IMG/VR virus record: IMGVR_UViG_3300021431_000122
Span: 4,380-68,379 of that record
Length of the DNA: 64,000 nucleotides
From: a virus
Lineage: Duplodnaviria; Caudoviricetes
Direction: 5' to 3' (one strand)
The notes beneath the pieces are model-generated. The model ran no database searches, had not been told where the DNA came from, and worked only from the letters and a program-made list of their open reading frames with translations. The position numbers were made by a program, and so were the translations under genes. Position 1 is the first letter of the stretch; each line of letters opens with the position of its first letter. This document shows positions 7,904 through 18,993 of this stretch, one piece after another.

Positions 7904-9205
7904 GTGGCAGTACAAAAGAAAGGTATGAAGGTGACAAGCAAACGCACCACTACTTCTGCTCCTGTTACAGAGCGCAAGTCTGCCGCAGAAGTCAGACAAG
8001 AGAACGAAAAACTCTTAACAGAAAATCAACGATTAAAGAACGGTGCGTTTTGTTATATGTGCGGAAGGCACTTGGTGAAAGATCGGTTTTATGTTAGTAC
8101 CGATCCAAGAATACAAAGCGGTGTCTGTCCTATATGTAAAGATTGTGCTAGGAAAATTGCACACAGGATAGATGTCAATGGAGATGAACATGAACCTACG
8201 AAGGAATCTGTAATAGAAGCTTTGCGTTATCTGGACAAACCATTTATTGAGTCTGTGTGGAATGCAAGCATTCAAGAGTCTGCCAATCTTACGGCAGGTA
8301 AGACAAAGTCTACACCTTGGATGGCATATGCCAAAAACATTCAGATGGTGAATTATGTTGGTTTAACTTTTAAAGATTCGGACATGTTCAAAGTCCATAT
8401 CAAATATGACGATGAAAAGACCGAACAGGAATTAGTTGAAGAACACTCTGGTCAAGATACATATGATAGTTTTTTGAAAAACAAAGCTGACGTTATTCGG
8501 CTTCTTGATTATGATCCATTTGAGCGAGAACCAGTTAGTGATCAGCCGTTCTTATATTCTCAGCTTCTTGGAATGCTTGATGCTTCAGAAGATGCTAATG
8601 AGGATATGATGCGGGTCTCGTCTGCTATTCAGATTGTTCGTGGATTTCTTCAACTTCAGAAGATTGACGATGCTATTGCGAAGCTGATGGGTAACGTGAA
8701 TCAGTTGCAGGACAACTCTGCAACTATCAAGTCGTTGCAGGACAGTAAACAAAAGATTACAAGTATGATTACTAATCTTGCTGCTGAGAGTTGTCTGAGT
8801 TTGAAGAATAGTAAGAGTAAGACGAAGGGTGAAGATACTTGGACTGGTAGACTTCGTAAAATTAAAGATTTGAATTTGCGAGATTCAAGTTTAAATGGAT
8901 ATTCACTTGAAACCTGTAAAGGAATGCAACAAGTTGCGGATATTAGTATGCAAGCCATTATTAAAGGCTTGCGTCTGACCGAAGATGAGATGTCAGACAT
9001 TGTTGCAACGCAGCGTAAAAAAATTAAAGAAATGGATTTGCAAACAAAATCATACAAAGAAGCTGTTCGTATCTTATTAAGAGAAAATTTAGATCTTAGA
9101 GATACGTTAAGTAAATATAATATTGATAATGGCAATCTTGTCAATCTCGATGAAATTGTTAATACATATATTCTTCCGAGAAACGAGGTTGATTCAAATG
9201 GATAG
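7904..9205 (+). CDS. Zn-binding protein upstream of TerL (YonG-like; possible small terminase)
   Basis: CYMCG...CPICKDC; C-terminal coiled coil; overlaps the TerL start. Confidence 0.55.
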   Translation: MAVQKKGMKVTSKRTTTSAPVTERKSAAEVRQENEKLLTENQRLKNGAFCYMCGRHLVKDRFYVSTDPRIQSGVCPICKDCARKIAHRIDVNGDEHEPTKESVIEALRYLDKPFIESVWNASIQESANLTAGKTKSTPWMAYAKNIQMVNYVGLTFKDSDMFKVHIKYDDEKTEQELVEEHSGQDTYDSFLKNKADVIRLLDYDPFEREPVSDQPFLYSQLLGMLDASEDANEDMMRVSSAIQIVRGFLQLQKIDDAIAKLMGNVNQLQDNSATIKSLQDSKQKITSMITNLAAESCLSLKNSKSKTKGEDTWTGRLRKIKDLNLRDSSLNGYSLETCKGMQQVADISMQAIIKGLRLTEDEMSDIVATQRKKIKEMDLQTKSYKEAVRILLRENLDLRDTLSKYNIDNGNLVNLDEIVNTYILPRNEVDSNG

Positions 9206-11135
9206 TTATAAAGTTTGTTATGATAGTTATTTGGCTGATAAGTGTATTTATGGTAGTGATTTCGTAAGAGAAATTCTTGGAGTTGAAAATCAATATAATA
9301 ATATTTATGTTCCTCACAGAGATTATTCAATAAGCAACAAAAAGCTTGAAGGATTTATAAGATTAAATGAAGAGCGAGATTATTATCAGCAAAATCCAAT
9401 TAAATTTTTTGAAGATTTTTTCAGAATACAGTTACTAGATTCGCAGGCGTATCTTATGCAATCCGCATGGGTAACGAAAAATGTTGTCGTTTGCGCCTGT
9501 CGTGCGTGGGGAAAAACATTGTGGATATCATGGTTTGTTATGGGGAAACAAATGCTTTCAAGTGAACCATGGAATTGTTATATAGCTTCCGGTTCTAGTC
9601 AACAGTCGGCAACCACCTTTCGAAAACTTGAAGATGTTGCCAATGATAGAATATCAAGTTTAAGAGGATCGACGGGTAAGCTTTTTAAAAACGAGGTTGT
9701 GGTTAATGCAGCTGCGGGAGATGGATTTAGTCATAATCCATCTGGTTTTGAATATAAATTATATAATGATTCCTTTACAAAATCGTTGTCGTCGAACGTA
9801 GATCGCGGTAGAGGTGCTAGAAGCGACTGTGTTGTATACGATGAGTGTGGCTTTTTGAATAGTAATCTAATCGAGGTGTACAAGGCGTTTTGTGCCGTTG
9901 ACAATTCTTTTGCTACTGGATTTGATGAAAATGGCAATAGTATAGACATGGTTAGACTTTTGGCATCACCCCAAGCACCACCCAAACAATTGGTATATGT
10001 GTCTTCTGCTTCAAGCGTTGATACGGAATTTTATAAAATTTACAGAGATTATAGTAAACAAATGATTGCAGGTGATCCTGATTATTTTGTTGCAAATATT
10101 GATTGTGATCTTGCTATGCGTCCAACTATTCATAATGTTCCAACTGTATCAGCATTAACCAAAGATATGATTGAGGCTACAATGAGAACCAATCCGGTTA
10201 AAGGAAGACGAGAGTATTATTGTGAGTTTTCAGAAGATGCGGGGGCTGATGCAATCATTAAACGTGGGGTTATTACCAGAAACGAAGAGACTAGACTTCC
10301 GCTTTTATATAATGATACTGGTGATAAAAAATTTATTCTTGCATATGATCCCGCAAGAAGCATGGATAATTCTGTTATTGGTGTAATGGAGTTATATACA
10401 GTTAAATTAGTAGATGGATCAGAAGATCTTCGTGGTAGGATTGTTAATTGTGTAAATCTTATGGATGTTGGTAAAAAGCTTAAAACTCCTATGCAAACAC
10501 CAGATCAAGTTAATTATTTAAAACAGATGATACTTGATTATAACGCAGGTGCTGATGCTTATGGCAATATTAGTAGTGTGCTAATTGACGCAGGTGCCGG
10601 AGGAGGCGGTGTAGGCGTAGGAGATTACATAATGCAAGACTGGGAAACTTCGGATGGTATTATTCACAGAGGATTAATTGACAAGGAATATTCTTCGGAA
10701 TATGTTCCACGATTTCCAAATGCAGTTGACAAGATAAAATTATTGTCTCCCTCTTCATACAAGTCAATAATTTATGAATCGCTCATTGAGATGATGAATC
10801 AAGATAAGATTTCTTTTACTTCTACTTATGACAATAAAGGTTATTTGACTTTATTTGATATAGATGAAGAGGTTTTAGCAAAAGAAAAAGAAAGAATAAG
10901 TGAAAAATTAAGAAAACAAAAACTGAATCAAAAAGAATTTGACGAGAAATTGGCTGAGGAATTAGATAAAGTTCAATCTGTCAATACTAGGATTCAGAAA
11001 CTTTCATGGCAAGAAGAATTGGCTCTTGCGAATATCGATGCAATGAAAGAAGAAGTTGTGAATATCGTTCGTAAGAAGAGAGATTCTGGTCGTGACTCTT
11101 TTGATTTGACACCAGAAAAGGCACGAATTATGCAT
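9198..11135 (+). CDS. terL: Terminase large subunit, exon 1
   Basis: Walker A CRAWGKT, Walker B VVYDECG, nuclease LAYDPAR; ends at ...KARIMH. Confidence 0.92.
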
Positions 11136-12446
11136 AAACAATATTGTGCCTATGCGGCATAAATCATAATCCGCATAGAAAACCCGATCTGATTGACTTG
11201 GAAACCCAGAAGTGGGCAACAGGGCGCAAGTTTAAATACAGCGTGAACGACTGAGTGATTGGGATTCACTTATGTGAATATGCGACAGTCTGAACTCGTA
11301 ATATAACATAATGAAATACGAGAGATGTGGTCGAGTGTAAAGACACTCTTGGAAGAACCGCATTCGTTGATTTGTATATTCCAGATCTTGGAGGACAGGA
11401 ATATAACAGGAATATATATGATAAAAAATGTTGTGAATGGCAAGATGTACATAGGACAATCCAAAGATATAAAATTTAGATGGACGCATCATAAATGTGA
11501 TTTAAGATGTAATTGTCATTCTAATAAACACTTGCAAGGAGCATGGAATAAATATGGTGAAGACTCTTTTGAATTTTCTGTGATAGAAGAAACCGATCCA
11601 GATAATTTAAATAGCAGAGAAAGATATTGGATTACAAAATACAACTCTGTTAACAATGGTTATAATTTTGACTATGGTGGAGATGGTTGCTTTGGATATA
11701 AGCATTCAGAAAACGAAATTAATAAGATGAGGAGAATTCAATCACCAAATATCATATTACAATTTGATAAAGATTGCAAGTTTATCAAAGAATGGATTGG
11801 TGGTGCTTCCCATATTTATAAAGAACTTAAATACACAAAAGAATGTGTGCTTCTTCGATGCAACCATAAAATAAAAGAAATGTCTCTTTATAAAGATTCG
11901 TATTGGGTTTACAAGGAAGAGTATGAGCATCATGATTTTACATGGAATAAATACTTTGCAAATGAAAAAATTGTCGACATAAAAAAGAAGTCTAATAAAA
12001 CAGTGAAGCGTATTTGTCAATATACCAAAGACAGAGAATTGATAAAAATTTGGGACTCGTTGAAAGACATTAGAGAAGCGGGTTACAATACATCTCCAAT
12101 TTCTACGATTTTACATTTCAGCAGAGGGAAAAGAACGTCTCAGGGTTTTATTTGGACTTTTGAAGATTATGATTTTTCTGATGGGTATTTTGATGGTTTG
12201 ATTAAATATAAAAACAAAGCAAATGATAATCGAAAAATCAGAGTGATACAAGTCGACTGCAACACATTAGAACATGTTGCCGAATACGAATCAATAACTA
12301 AGGCTGCTGAAGCGCTAGGACATAATTGTTCTGGCGCTATTTCTATTGCAACAAAAAATCCATTTATTAAAACTTCGTGTGGTTTTTATTGGATTAAAGC
12401 TTCTTAATGGAATAATTTGAATATACAAATCAACGTAACAAAATTG
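11136..12446 (+). ncRNA. Group I intron in terL (1311 nt, carries a homing endonuclease)
   Basis: P1 exon gcat pairs with intron gtgc (U-G); P2 ctatgcgg/ccgcatag; P7 gactg (11249) / cagtc (11286); terminal G12446. Splicing restores IMH|DDRSY. Confidence 0.92.
11388..12407 (+). CDS. GIY-YIG homing endonuclease with three NUMOD1-like C-terminal repeats (start codon uncertain)
   Basis: TGIYMIKN..NGKMYIGQS..RW..H..LQ.AWNKYGE. Lies in a peripheral intron loop bounded by cgttgatttgtatat (11365) / atatacaaatcaacg (12421). Confidence 0.9.
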   Translation: MEDRNITGIYMIKNVVNGKMYIGQSKDIKFRWTHHKCDLRCNCHSNKHLQGAWNKYGEDSFEFSVIEETDPDNLNSRERYWITKYNSVNNGYNFDYGGDGCFGYKHSENEINKMRRIQSPNIILQFDKDCKFIKEWIGGASHIYKELKYTKECVLLRCNHKIKEMSLYKDSYWVYKEEYEHHDFTWNKYFANEKIVDIKKKSNKTVKRICQYTKDRELIKIWDSLKDIREAGYNTSPISTILHFSRGKRTSQGFIWTFEDYDFSDGYFDGLIKYKNKANDNRKIRVIQVDCNTLEHVAEYESITKAAEALGHNCSGAISIATKNPFIKTSCGFYWIKAS

Positions 12447-12593
12447 GATGATAGGTCTTATGTATTAGCGTTGTTAGCTTATGGTCTAGCACAAGAAAGG
12501 AAGAAGCTAATCTTAAAAAGGCCCAAAAATGCAGGATCTGTTTTAGATAAACTTGTGATTCGCCGTGGTTCATATAACGGCAAAACAATATAA
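12447..12593 (+). CDS. terL: Terminase large subunit, exon 2 (48 aa; spliced protein 694 aa)
   Basis: DDRSYVLALLAYG supplies the last catalytic acidic motif of the nuclease domain. Confidence 0.88.
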   Translation, partial: DDRSYVLALLAYGLAQERKKLILKRPKNAGSVLDKLVIRRGSYNGKTI

Positions 12594-12607
12594 AGGGAGG
12601 TGCGTAT

Positions 12608-14143
12608 ATGGCACAATCTAAACAAGGTGCTAATACACCTTCTACGATGACAGCCGCTGAAAAGATTAAGTGGTATGACAAGAATCATAATCGTGTACAA
12701 AATTTTGACAATGCATCTGATGCGTTGAAGATTCTTCGCAATCCAGATAAACAGGTATTCCGTACTATACCGACTTACGACAAGGGTGTTGTTGTTACAT
12801 ATCTTCAGAACGCAATGAGGAATGAGGTCAACCTCAGAAGTTTGGCGTGGTACTTGTTCTACCGCTCTCAGATTTTTCAGCGAGTTGTAGTTTATTTCTC
12901 ATCGCTATTCGACCTTGATGCTAGAATTGTTATTCCCAACTATAATCTTGTTGGCGACAATAATAAAGATGCGGTTATGCGCTCTTATTACAATACTCTT
13001 GTTGCGCTCAAGAACTGGAATATTGTAAACGAATTTTTCAAGATATATGTTACCTGTTTTATTCAAGATATCAGTTATAATATTGCATATTATGATGAGA
13101 CAGGATTATTCTTTTTGCCAATGCCAGCAGACTACTGTCGCATTGTTGCACAGTATCCTTCTGGTGATTATTCATTTGCGATCGACATGAGTTATTTTAG
13201 AGGTTCTACCAGAGATTATATTGATTTGTGGGGCGAACCATTTGTAACCATGTGGCGTAATTATGAAGCCGACAGGACGAAGAATCGTTGGCAAGTCGTG
13301 CCAGATGAATACGCAGCATGCTTTAAATATCGTTCATACGATTGGCAGACTATCATCAGTCCATTCTCTGGGATGTTCTTACCATTAATTAACCTTGAGG
13401 ATGTAGCAGATGTTCAGGCTGTTGCAGATGCACAGGAAATCTATAAGATGATTTGGTATGAACTTGAAACCATAACAGGAAGTAATGTGCCAGACGATTG
13501 GAAGGTTGACCCAAATGTTGCGGTCGATTATTTTAATCGAATGATTCAAGAGGCGTTACCAGATTATACAACTGCCGCAATGGTTCCGGGTAAACTTAAC
13601 GTCATTGATTTTTCAAGCAATGACAAAACTAAGGAATCAAATAAAGTTCTCAATTCTACAAAGACAGTCCTCAATACTTCCGGTGGAGCGCAGGTTCTTA
13701 ATTCAGCAGATATTACTGGAACGACAGCATATAATGCCGTACTTAAAGTTGATACTGAATTTGCTATTTGTACTCTTCTGCCACAGACAGAAGGATGGTT
13801 CAACAGAATCATTGGCAACATGGTTTCGAATCCGTCAAGGATTAAGTTCTTCCATGTTGGCAGACTGACCCGTGAGGACTTCAGAAAAGAAATGCTTGAA
13901 AATGCGCAATATGGCTTGCCATCCAAGATGTCAATTATGGTTCTCAGCGGCATTGACGAACTTAGTATTCTGAGCATGAATTATCTTGAGGAAGAAGTTT
14001 TAAATCTGAGCGAACGCTTTGACTCTCCGCTCAGTTCTAGCTTCACACAATCGTCTGAAGTTGGTAGACCCAAAAGTGATCCGAGTGAACTTACAGATGA
14101 CGGTGAAGCTTCAATAGATAAGAGGGATACTGCAAATGGATAA
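12608..14143 (+). CDS. Portal protein
   Basis: 511 aa directly after TerL; C-terminal GRPKSD motif. Confidence 0.8.
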   Translation: MAQSKQGANTPSTMTAAEKIKWYDKNHNRVQNFDNASDALKILRNPDKQVFRTIPTYDKGVVVTYLQNAMRNEVNLRSLAWYLFYRSQIFQRVVVYFSSLFDLDARIVIPNYNLVGDNNKDAVMRSYYNTLVALKNWNIVNEFFKIYVTCFIQDISYNIAYYDETGLFFLPMPADYCRIVAQYPSGDYSFAIDMSYFRGSTRDYIDLWGEPFVTMWRNYEADRTKNRWQVVPDEYAACFKYRSYDWQTIISPFSGMFLPLINLEDVADVQAVADAQEIYKMIWYELETITGSNVPDDWKVDPNVAVDYFNRMIQEALPDYTTAAMVPGKLNVIDFSSNDKTKESNKVLNSTKTVLNTSGGAQVLNSADITGTTAYNAVLKVDTEFAICTLLPQTEGWFNRIIGNMVSNPSRIKFFHVGRLTREDFRKEMLENAQYGLPSKMSIMVLSGIDELSILSMNYLEEEVLNLSERFDSPLSSSFTQSSEVGRPKSDPSELTDDGEASIDKRDTANG

Positions 14144-14315
14144 AGATACTTTATTTATTAAAACCAAAGATAGCGAGACCATTAGTCTTCTTAAAGAAAG
14201 TGGATTTACTCTCCTATCTTTTAATAATAATATTGCCACATTTATAAATGACGGCAAGATTAATTTTGACTTGTTAGGAAAGAAGGTAAACTTTTCTAAC
14301 AGACTTGAAGTATAG
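14136..14315 (+). CDS. Small hypothetical protein (59 aa, not in the ORF track)
   Basis: MDKDTLFIKTKDSETISLLKESGF...; overlaps the portal stop and fills the gap exactly. Confidence 0.7.
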   Translation: MDKDTLFIKTKDSETISLLKESGFTLLSFNNNIATFINDGKINFDLLGKKVNFSNRLEV

Positions 14316-14324
14316 GGGGTCTAC

Positions 14325-15923
14325 ATGGCAAAGAAGAAATTACTTACCATTGATGACCTTGTGCAATTTTGTGCCAATAATAACCTGTATGAATTTAGTG
14401 CGGACAAAACTGGATATCAGCTTTGTGTTCAAGTACCTGTAACATACGAGGAGTTAGAAGACGATTCTGACTCCTCTTTACTTTTTGGCAGGGTGCGCTT
14501 AATTCACACAGGAAGGAATCGCAATGGATCTAATGTGACTGAAGAGGCGGCAAAGAAATGTATGGATGGCATTGCCTACAAACCGTTGCTTGCAAATTTC
14601 ATTCAAGATGAAAATGGCAATTGGGATTTCACATCTCATGACAGAGAGATTGATGAAGAAGGTAATATCGTTTATATCGAAAAACAGATTGGATGTTTTA
14701 CATCTGATAAGCCAACTTTCGAACATGTTGATGAACTTGACAAAGATTTTATTTTTGCAAATGTTGCAATTCCAAAGGAGTATACACAGGCCGCAGATAT
14801 TATCAAGCGCAAGAATGGAACTAAAATTTCCGCAGAACTTGGTGTCAACAAAATGTCTTATGATGCTAAGAATAAAGAGTTGGTACTTGAGGATATTGAA
14901 ATTCTTGGAGCAACTTGTCTTGGCATTCATGAGGATGGTACTCCTGTTGAAGAAGGAATGTATGGCGCACGATTAGATATCGAAGATTTTAGTCGTAAGA
15001 ATAATTCTGTAAATTTTGCACAGGGTGATGTTGATATGATTTCAAAACTCATTGAAGTTTTGGATGAATATAAAGGAGCGTTTGACGCTCTAAAAAATTC
15101 TGAGAAAGGAGGAACCGAGATGGATACAGAGGAAGTAAAAGTTCCTGAGACTGAAGCTCCTTTTGAAGAAGAGGTCAAAGATGAGGCAGAAGTTGAGACC
15201 ATAGATGAAACCGAGGTTGAGACTGAAGCTAAAGTCGAGGACGAAGCTGATGCTGAAGTTAAGGATGAGGACGAGGCTGAATCTGATGCTGATGAGAAAG
15301 ATGAGTTTGCCGTAGAGTTTTCTATTACTCGTGGCGACAAGGTCTACACATTTGCAACGAGCCTGTCCGAACAGCTTTACGCTCTTACTCAGCTTGTTAA
15401 TGATACTTATGCCGAAGCTGATAATGCTTACTATTCTTGTGATGCGTATGCTGATTCTAAGGAAGTTATTTTTGTTGACTACTATACTGGCCGAGCATGG
15501 AAACAGAAATATCAGGTCAGGAACAACCAGTACTCTCTCAAGGGAGACCGTGTTGAGGTACATGCAAGATATCTTACTGCTGATGAAGAGGCCGCATTGG
15601 ATGACATGAAGAGTAAGTATGAGCTTGCCACTGACAAGCTTGCCAAATACGAATCTGAGCCGCAGAAGATGGAAGTTCTTTCCAGTGATGAATATAAAGA
15701 TGTTGCGGACTCTGAGGAGTTTATGGAACTTATGAAGCAGGAAAATCATTTTGATCTTTCTGTGGAAGAGGTAACAAAGAAGTGCGATGAGATCCTGCTT
15801 AATGCGGCAAAGTCGCACAAAGTCGACTTCTCCAAACAGGAGAAGAAACCAATGGAAACGAAGCCGTTCCCGATTGGTGCTACTAAGAAGACTGGCAGAT
15901 ATGGAAGTCTGTTCAGCAAATAA
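14325..15923 (+). CDS. Prohead protease/scaffold fusion (YonD-like)
   Basis: LIHTGRNRNGS, KISAEL, ILGATCLG; acidic linker; helical C-terminal scaffold region. Confidence 0.75.
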   Translation: MAKKKLLTIDDLVQFCANNNLYEFSADKTGYQLCVQVPVTYEELEDDSDSSLLFGRVRLIHTGRNRNGSNVTEEAAKKCMDGIAYKPLLANFIQDENGNWDFTSHDREIDEEGNIVYIEKQIGCFTSDKPTFEHVDELDKDFIFANVAIPKEYTQAADIIKRKNGTKISAELGVNKMSYDAKNKELVLEDIEILGATCLGIHEDGTPVEEGMYGARLDIEDFSRKNNSVNFAQGDVDMISKLIEVLDEYKGAFDALKNSEKGGTEMDTEEVKVPETEAPFEEEVKDEAEVETIDETEVETEAKVEDEADAEVKDEDEAESDADEKDEFAVEFSITRGDKVYTFATSLSEQLYALTQLVNDTYAEADNAYYSCDAYADSKEVIFVDYYTGRAWKQKYQVRNNQYSLKGDRVEVHARYLTADEEAALDDMKSKYELATDKLAKYESEPQKMEVLSSDEYKDVADSEEFMELMKQENHFDLSVEEVTKKCDEILLNAAKSHKVDFSKQEKKPMETKPFPIGATKKTGRYGSLFSK

Positions 15924-15958
15924 ATTTACATAACGAAATTATCTAGGAGGAAAAAGCA

Positions 15959-16444
15959 ATGATTAAAGTAAGCGTTGCAACCCACGCTGTTGCCTTCCCG
16001 TCTAAGCTGAAATCCTCTCTTGCTGGTCACATTTTTAATGTAATCGTTCAGGAGGATATTGACAACGGAACGGTGCGTGGAATTCAGAACTACACACATT
16101 TTGATCAGTATGAGGACAAGGCGGCTCCCGCTGAGTTCAAGGCGAAGGTAGTAGATAGAGCTGCTAATGGCAACTACTATGTTCTGGTTACTGGTATTTC
16201 TACAACCGAGCCAACCGTACTTATTTACGATGATCCGATCATCAAGGAGACGAACGACCCGCATCTGAAGAAAGCTAAATATTTCTTCAATCCGCAGGGT
16301 GCAACCGTTCGTGGTTTCGAACTGGCTATTGGCGATATATTCGAGCTGTCCGCAGAGGGCTTCACGAATGTTGAAGATATTGATGTTGAGGCTAAGACTG
16401 AAGTAAAAGCTAATGCCACAACTGGTAAGCTTGAGAAAGCTTAA
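15959..16444 (+). CDS. Putative capsid decoration/cement protein
   Basis: Position between protease and capsid genes; DIDNG, VRGFELAIGDIFELS. Confidence 0.6.
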   Translation: MIKVSVATHAVAFPSKLKSSLAGHIFNVIVQEDIDNGTVRGIQNYTHFDQYEDKAAPAEFKAKVVDRAANGNYYVLVTGISTTEPTVLIYDDPIIKETNDPHLKKAKYFFNPQGATVRGFELAIGDIFELSAEGFTNVEDIDVEAKTEVKANATTGKLEKA

Positions 16445-16472
16445 TATTCGAAGAAAGGAGGAAGATTAAATC

Positions 16473-17576
16473 ATGAGAACAATGGTATTTTCTGCACATG
16501 TAAATGATGTGTTTGCAAAAAACAATATTGATTATGCGGCTCTTAAGAACCTGATGTTTGATCTGGCTCATGGCGAGACCATCTATGATGAAGAGACTGG
16601 CCGTGTAATTAGCAAGTCTGAAGCTAATGATAAGCTTCGTGCGGTTTCTAATCAGATCTTCGGACTTTCCGAGAATTCTACTCGTAGAGATCGTACTCGT
16701 GCTTTCAGAGATCATGGCCGTGAGTTCATGGATCTGATTGAGGAAGTTATTGATGCTGAGATTACTGTCGGCCTTCAGAATAACGATTTCTTTCAGCAGT
16801 ATGTAGATTATCGTAACATTGCCATGGGTGATGTTATCGAGTTTGTTACAGAGGATGACACCGTTCTGATTGTTGGTAAGGTTGGCAATAGCCATCACGA
16901 CATCATCCTTCAGACTCTTGGTGAGGGCGAGTCCTTTACTGTACCGACCGCACGTTATGCTGTTGCTGTTGGTGCTGATATTGACCGCTATCTGCTTGGA
17001 CAGGTCGATTGGGCTAAACTGGTTTCTAAGGTTGCCGAGGCATTCTCTGAGCATATCCTTGAGATGGTTTATGCTGATATTATGGCTGCTGCTGCTGCTC
17101 TTCCCGCTAAATTTAAGGGAAGTGGCGCACTGGTTAAGGCCGACTTTGATGACATCATTGATAATGTTGAGGATCTTGGTGTCTCCGCAGTTATCCTTGG
17201 CACAAAGCCCGCTCTGCGTAAGCTTGCCGCAATTGTTGATGTTGATTACATTGCTCCGAGTCAGAAGGAGTCTGTTGCTTCTACTGGTCTGATTGGCATG
17301 TATGATGGCAACGGTCTTGTTCGTGTCCCGAACAGATTTAAAGACAAAACTCTTTCCGCAAAGGTATTCAATGACAAGGAACTTCTTATCCTGCCTGTTT
17401 CTGGCGACAACAAGCTTGTTGCTATGATTGACGAGGGTGAGACCGAGATCAACGAGGTTACCGACAAGGGTGAGGCTAACGGACGTATTGATGATATCCG
17501 TAAGTATGAGGCTCAGAGAGTCTACGGTGCGGCCGTCAAGACTGGCAAATATTTTGGTCAGTGGATGCTTCCGTAA
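16473..17576 (+). CDS. Major capsid protein
   Basis: 367 aa, strong RBS aaggagg, strongly biased codon usage, expected position. Confidence 0.85.
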   Translation: MRTMVFSAHVNDVFAKNNIDYAALKNLMFDLAHGETIYDEETGRVISKSEANDKLRAVSNQIFGLSENSTRRDRTRAFRDHGREFMDLIEEVIDAEITVGLQNNDFFQQYVDYRNIAMGDVIEFVTEDDTVLIVGKVGNSHHDIILQTLGEGESFTVPTARYAVAVGADIDRYLLGQVDWAKLVSKVAEAFSEHILEMVYADIMAAAAALPAKFKGSGALVKADFDDIIDNVEDLGVSAVILGTKPALRKLAAIVDVDYIAPSQKESVASTGLIGMYDGNGLVRVPNRFKDKTLSAKVFNDKELLILPVSGDNKLVAMIDEGETEINEVTDKGEANGRIDDIRKYEAQRVYGAAVKTGKYFGQWMLP

Positions 17577-17610
17577 CTTAAATCAACAGGAATAAAAGGA
17601 GTAATAATAT

Positions 17611-18153
17611 ATGGCATCTAGAGCAATGGAAAAAGTAAAGGTGGAGCCGGAGAACACAGAAGCTGTTACCGAGGTTAAACCGAAAAAGAAAAAGTTTGAA
17701 GCCGCAGAAATGATTGCGTGCCGTTCAGTCACGGATGGTGTTCTGAACATGGAAGGCGTGAAGTCGAAGAACCTCTACAGTTGGCGAGAATATGGCGACA
17801 TTGAAAATGTCGAATATGCCGATCTCGTTGCAGAGGTTCGTGGCAAATCGTCTTTCTTGTTTAATCCGTGGATCATTGTTGAGAATGAAGATTTTGTTAA
17901 CGAGCAGACACAGCTTAAGAAATTCTATACTGAATCTTATACTGTTAAGGAACTGCGAGATGTTTTATCGTTACCTGTCAAAGATATGGTTGCGACCATT
18001 AATGCACTCCCCTCTTCCGCTGTTAACAATCTCAAGTCTCTTGCGGCAAGTGCTGTTTCTAATGGCACTCTGGACAGTGTTAAGAAAATTAAAGCACTGG
18101 ACGAAATTTTTGGTACAGATTTGAATCTTCTCGCATCTTTATTTGACAAGTAA
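17611..18153 (+). CDS. Hypothetical head-assembly region protein
   Basis: Strong RBS; position after the capsid gene. Confidence 0.55.
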   Translation: MASRAMEKVKVEPENTEAVTEVKPKKKKFEAAEMIACRSVTDGVLNMEGVKSKNLYSWREYGDIENVEYADLVAEVRGKSSFLFNPWIIVENEDFVNEQTQLKKFYTESYTVKELRDVLSLPVKDMVATINALPSSAVNNLKSLAASAVSNGTLDSVKKIKALDEIFGTDLNLLASLFDK

Positions 18154-18167
18154 GATGGAGGTGTCGA

Positions 18168-18659
18168 ATGGCATCTATTGAGTATGAAGAAATCTATTCT
18201 CGATTCTTTACGAAGACAGAAGCCTACGACCTCCTTGATTCGAGAATGGATATGGACGATGTCCGACATGAGTTTTTGTGCAATTGGCTTCATGCCGCCG
18301 TATCAAATCCGTATATTCGAAAATTGTTTAAGCATGTTTCATTGAATGATGATGATGAAATTATTGACTACGACATGAACTATTCTATTGATGAATGGTC
18401 TGATAAAGAGTTTGTTATTGAAGTTCTTTCTTATGGTCTTATGTATGCATGGATTGAGCCGAAGGTCAACAGTATTACAAACATCGTCCAAACATTTGGA
18501 ACATCTGATGAGAAATTTTATTCTCAAGCATCACATCTTTCCGAACTGCGAGGTCTGAAAGATGATATTAATAGAAAGCTCCGTTCTGCCGTTAGAGATA
18601 GAGGTTATCTAAATAACACATATCTTGACGGCAGTTCGCCATTGAGGCGTAAAAGTTGA
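18168..18659 (+). CDS. Putative head-tail adaptor
   Basis: 163-aa helical protein in the neck region. Confidence 0.5.
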   Translation: MASIEYEEIYSRFFTKTEAYDLLDSRMDMDDVRHEFLCNWLHAAVSNPYIRKLFKHVSLNDDDEIIDYDMNYSIDEWSDKEFVIEVLSYGLMYAWIEPKVNSITNIVQTFGTSDEKFYSQASHLSELRGLKDDINRKLRSAVRDRGYLNNTYLDGSSPLRRKS

Positions 18660-18991
18660 ATACACTTTACGGAGATTTTTCAAAAGAACAATTTGAAAAA
18701 TATAAGGAGAAATTGCACAGCAAGATTCACTGGCTTATTCTTTATAAAGATCCGCAGACTAGTCAGCGTTTTTCACATGTAGATTATGATAAATACTTTC
18801 GTACTCTTATGTGTGAGTTGAATGGTCTAAACGAAATTATTCTCGACAATCCTTATATTGTTGAGATAATGACTGTTCTTCAAGCGGGTTATGATGAGAC
18901 TAAAAAGAGTGAATATAATTATAGTGAGTATAGACGATTTATACTCGATGCCCATTCATTGTTGGACAAGATCGAATATAAGGAGGAGTAA
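18656..18991 (+). CDS. Hypothetical protein (TTG start)
   Basis: Overlaps the previous stop; followed by an RBS for the next gene. Confidence 0.6.
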   Translation: MNTLYGDFSKEQFEKYKEKLHSKIHWLILYKDPQTSQRFSHVDYDKYFRTLMCELNGLNEIILDNPYIVEIMTVLQAGYDETKKSEYNYSEYRRFILDAHSLLDKIEYKEE

Positions 18992-18993
18992 TT

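Noticed and set aside
9198-12593. Intein in the terminase or RNA polymerase
   Set aside because: No intein splice-junction motifs were seen; the interruption is a group I intron.
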